Assembly (NCBI RefSeq): GCF_018350175.1
Contig: NC_058368.1
Span: forward strand, 46,750,001-46,814,000
Origin: Felis catus
Lineage: Eukaryota
DNA length: 64,000 nt
Direction: 5' to 3'
The position numbers and the translations under genes are program-made. Shown here piece by piece: positions 61,000-64,000 of the stretch (its first letter is position 1; every line of letters begins with the position of its first letter). The notes beneath the pieces are model-generated. The model did no database searches. It was not told where the DNA came from and saw only the letters and a program-made list of their open reading frames with translations.

Positions 61000-61500
61000 A
61001 GAACTATTTGGTATGCATGACTGGTAGGATGTGTAGGATGGCAGAGAGGAAAGGATTCAGCGTGCCTCCCAGGTTTCTGCTGGGGGCAAGGGTAGTGAGT
61101 TACCTGAAATAGGTTGATGACAAAGAAGAATAGATTTGGTAGGGAGCGGGTCATGAACTTCATTATGGAAATAGTATAAATAAACACATTCTTTTTATTG
61201 AGCCTCTACTTCTACTCTAGAGCCTCTAGCCTCTACTCTACCAGGCAAAGTTTCCAGTGCTTTAAGTGGTAGTTCTGATTCTTAGAGTAACTTTTTCAGG
61301 CAAGTGCATATACAGTTTGTTGTGATTTCCGGGACAGTCTAAGGACAATAACCAATAGGTAGTTGGATTTTCAAGTTTAAGATTCAGGAAACAGGTCAGG
61401 GTTGTAGATACAGAGCTGTGTGTAGGTGGTAGTTAAACCTATGAGAGCTGATGCAATCCCCAAAATGTACATGTCAAATAAAGAAAATAGTCAGCCGAGA
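61000..61500 (-). mobile_element. L2 fragments (with an embedded MIR-like piece)
   Basis: cctcccaggtttctgctggggg; ttggattttcaagtttaagattcaggaaacaggtcagggttgtagataca; taggtggtagttaaacctatgagagctgatg. Confidence 0.55.
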
Positions 61501-64000
61501 ATAACCATAATGATATAAAGGAGAGAGCATGGGATTTGGGCTAGTTTGTTTGAATCCCAACTGAACTCTTTATTTCTCTGCCTATTTAAGCTAATAAAAG
61601 ATTGTGCTTCAAAAACAGCCTCAGTTTTCTAGTTTTAACCAAATGATCCTACCTTACCTTTCCCTAGCGTAGTTTACTGGAACAGGGATAAAAACTTGGC
61701 TCAAGAAACTCTATCTAAAGGTTGAGCTGAGTTATTCAGATTTCTTAGAGCATTTGGACGAAGTGACATGGAAATTGTGACCCTTACCTGTCAACCTCTC
61801 CTGCTCCCTGCTTTTATAACCAGGATACTTTATAATGACTCCAAACCAGAATTGCAGTGAAAATATTGTTTACAACTATGGAATGTTGAGTGTGAAATAA
61901 TAGAAAGTCTTCTGAATTATGCAGAAATTTTCCTTTGGTAAACTAATTAAGAGGATGTCTATGAAGGTCAGCAGATAAAACAGGAAACATAAGTTGGGGG
62001 GGGGGGTTGCGGTGGTATGTTAAGAAAAATGCTCTTTTGTACATACAAAGTAAAATGTAGTAGGGAGGGGGCCTAGAACACAGAGGGGATGTGAGCAGGT
62101 AGTAGAGATGAGACAGTGCTAGCTAGGCTCCCAAGGATAAGGTCCAGCAATTGAGAGCAACTGCCCAGGTTGTGGCTATCATGTACCCCCAATCAAGTGC
62201 AGTATCCTTGAGCAGCTGTCCCCAAATGCATCAGTTCCAAAGTCCACTCCCTCCTTGGCTTTCACTCTGTGTTTCAGCTCACTTACCTAATGATTTCAGA
62301 AATGTTCCTTGACATACCAAATATGAGGGGAAGGCACCTTCATTGCTTCAGCCAGGAATCAGAAGAAGGCTCACGAGCCTGCTTCCTCCTCCATATTCCA
62401 AACTTCTCTTAGGAAGTCTAAATCTACAGTTTCCTTGGGCATATGCAGAATATTGGTGCCCAGTGCTTTGCAACTTGCTCATTGCATTAGCTGGGTACAT
62501 TTGAAACATTATTCCTTTGTAATATTCCCAAGCGCTCAATCAACTTTCTAGGTCAATCTGTTTTCCTTCAGTCATCAGCAATACACTTTAAGTTTCTTAA
62601 CTTAAGCATCTCTTGAAAAACAACTGAATGATAAGTGATACTTCTTATTTTGCAAAAGATGACAAAGATTTACAATATTTTCTTTGTATAAAAAATTTGA
62701 TTTTATTTTTTTACCATACTGTATAGTTGGAGTACCAGAAAATGTATTTTGGGCATAAGCAGAAAATTACAGTCTACATTTTTATATTCAAGTATATCAT
62801 TAATTTAGAGAATTTATAAATCACTCTTACCCAGTTACCAACGTTTGTTGCCTGCATATTATAGACTACATTTCTAGATGTCCCATTCTGCAATTTTCAG
62901 CCCTTTCTTCTGTATAACAATAAGTGATAAGAGATAATAATTTTTGTTAGGAGGTGCTAGAGGGCTTCAACATAAACCCCACAGAGAAGGCAATCTTAAA
63001 ATGTATCATCTAAGACATCTTCAAAATTGGAATATTAAGACAGATAGCAGATAGCTCTTCAGGGTGAGTGCTAATGCCTTTGCAAGGTTTTGTTATTCCA
63101 TTTATGGGATTGGACAATGACTGATGGAGCTGGTGAGAAAAGAGCTCTTAATAACCCTGGAAATTCAGCCCCTTTCTTCATCCTAACTGATGTGCATAGA
63201 GTGAGACACCTTATCGTAACATTTAGTGTGCACGTGTCTGTGTGTACATGTACATGCACACAGTGCACATGTGCCCCGTAAAGGGCAAGGACTTTTGCAC
63301 TCATAAGTAAGTATGCTTTTTTGTTCTGTTTATGTGATTGTTGCTTCAAAACGAACCGATAGACATCTGGCATATGAATATTGAATGCGGATTGTTTCAA
63401 TCAATATCACCAATGTCCTGCAGAGAAGCACACAAAATGGAGGATCTGTTTATTTCCAGGGCAGAGTCTATAATCAGTTATTTACCTTTTTGCTTTAGAC
63501 TAGATTCATAGTGTTTTGTGCTTCGAGTTTTCATTTAATCAGATTATTAATCTCTTACTGACAAGATGATGTTCTGAAATTTGAGATATTTGTGTCTGCT
63601 TGGTAAAACCTTACAATTTTTAACTAAAACATCTATGTGCAAAAGATCAGGGTCAGACAAGGTCATATAATCTACAGAATCAGAAAAAGTAACAGCTTCA
63701 GAAACCCAAGGTTATCTCCTTTGCCCAAGACAATATCTTCTGTATTTGCTACTGAGATGTGAAATTCTTTAACGAGAGATTTATTTGTCTTTAGTTTAAG
63801 TCTTTTATTTTGCAGAGAAAATGCAAATCTTGTTTAAGAGGTATATATTCTTCCACATGCACTTTAGCTTAAATAAGCCAAAGGTACTGTTTTAAGAGTA
63901 GATATGAATAGGTATTAATCTACCATGTCCATGGATTATTAAAACAGAGATGATAACACCCACTCCGTAGGGATGGGAATGGGTTGGGACAGAGCCAAGA

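Noticed and set aside
61782..61820. Minus-strand TATAAAAG followed by CAG|GTAAGG
   Set aside because: The expected start site would fall almost on the donor, leaving no room for a first exon; no other promoter evidence

Overview
Mammalian (carnivore, felid-like) nuclear DNA. It is AT-rich and CpG-poor, and transposable elements dominate it. About 27 tRNA-derived Can-SINEs are present, several of the young SINEC_Fc type with perfect target-site duplications (TSDs). One near-full-length but inactivated cat-type LINE-1 lies on the minus strand (about 39060-46574), nested inside a much older L1. There are also many older L1, L2 and MIR fragments, ERVL/MaLR solo LTRs (MLT1, MLT2, MER21-like), hAT DNA-transposon relics (MER58A, MER91, MER5) and microsatellites. 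I found no host protein-coding exon, RNA gene or CpG-island promoter that I can support. The longer ORFs in the track are L1 ORF1/ORF2 fragments, their antisense shadows, SINE read-throughs or microsatellite translations. The window is most likely intergenic DNA or a long intron. I cannot support a new biological system here. The observations most worth checking are: an ORF0-like antisense ORF and a 3 x ~223-bp array in the L1 5'UTR; an atypical internal L1 fragment carrying a fold-back inversion; a retrotransposition hotspot that includes a poly(A)-only insertion; and a few exon-like segments that could belong to an unannotated transcript. Repeat family names come from recalled consensus features, not a RepeatMasker/Dfam run. 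Boundaries of old elements are approximate.
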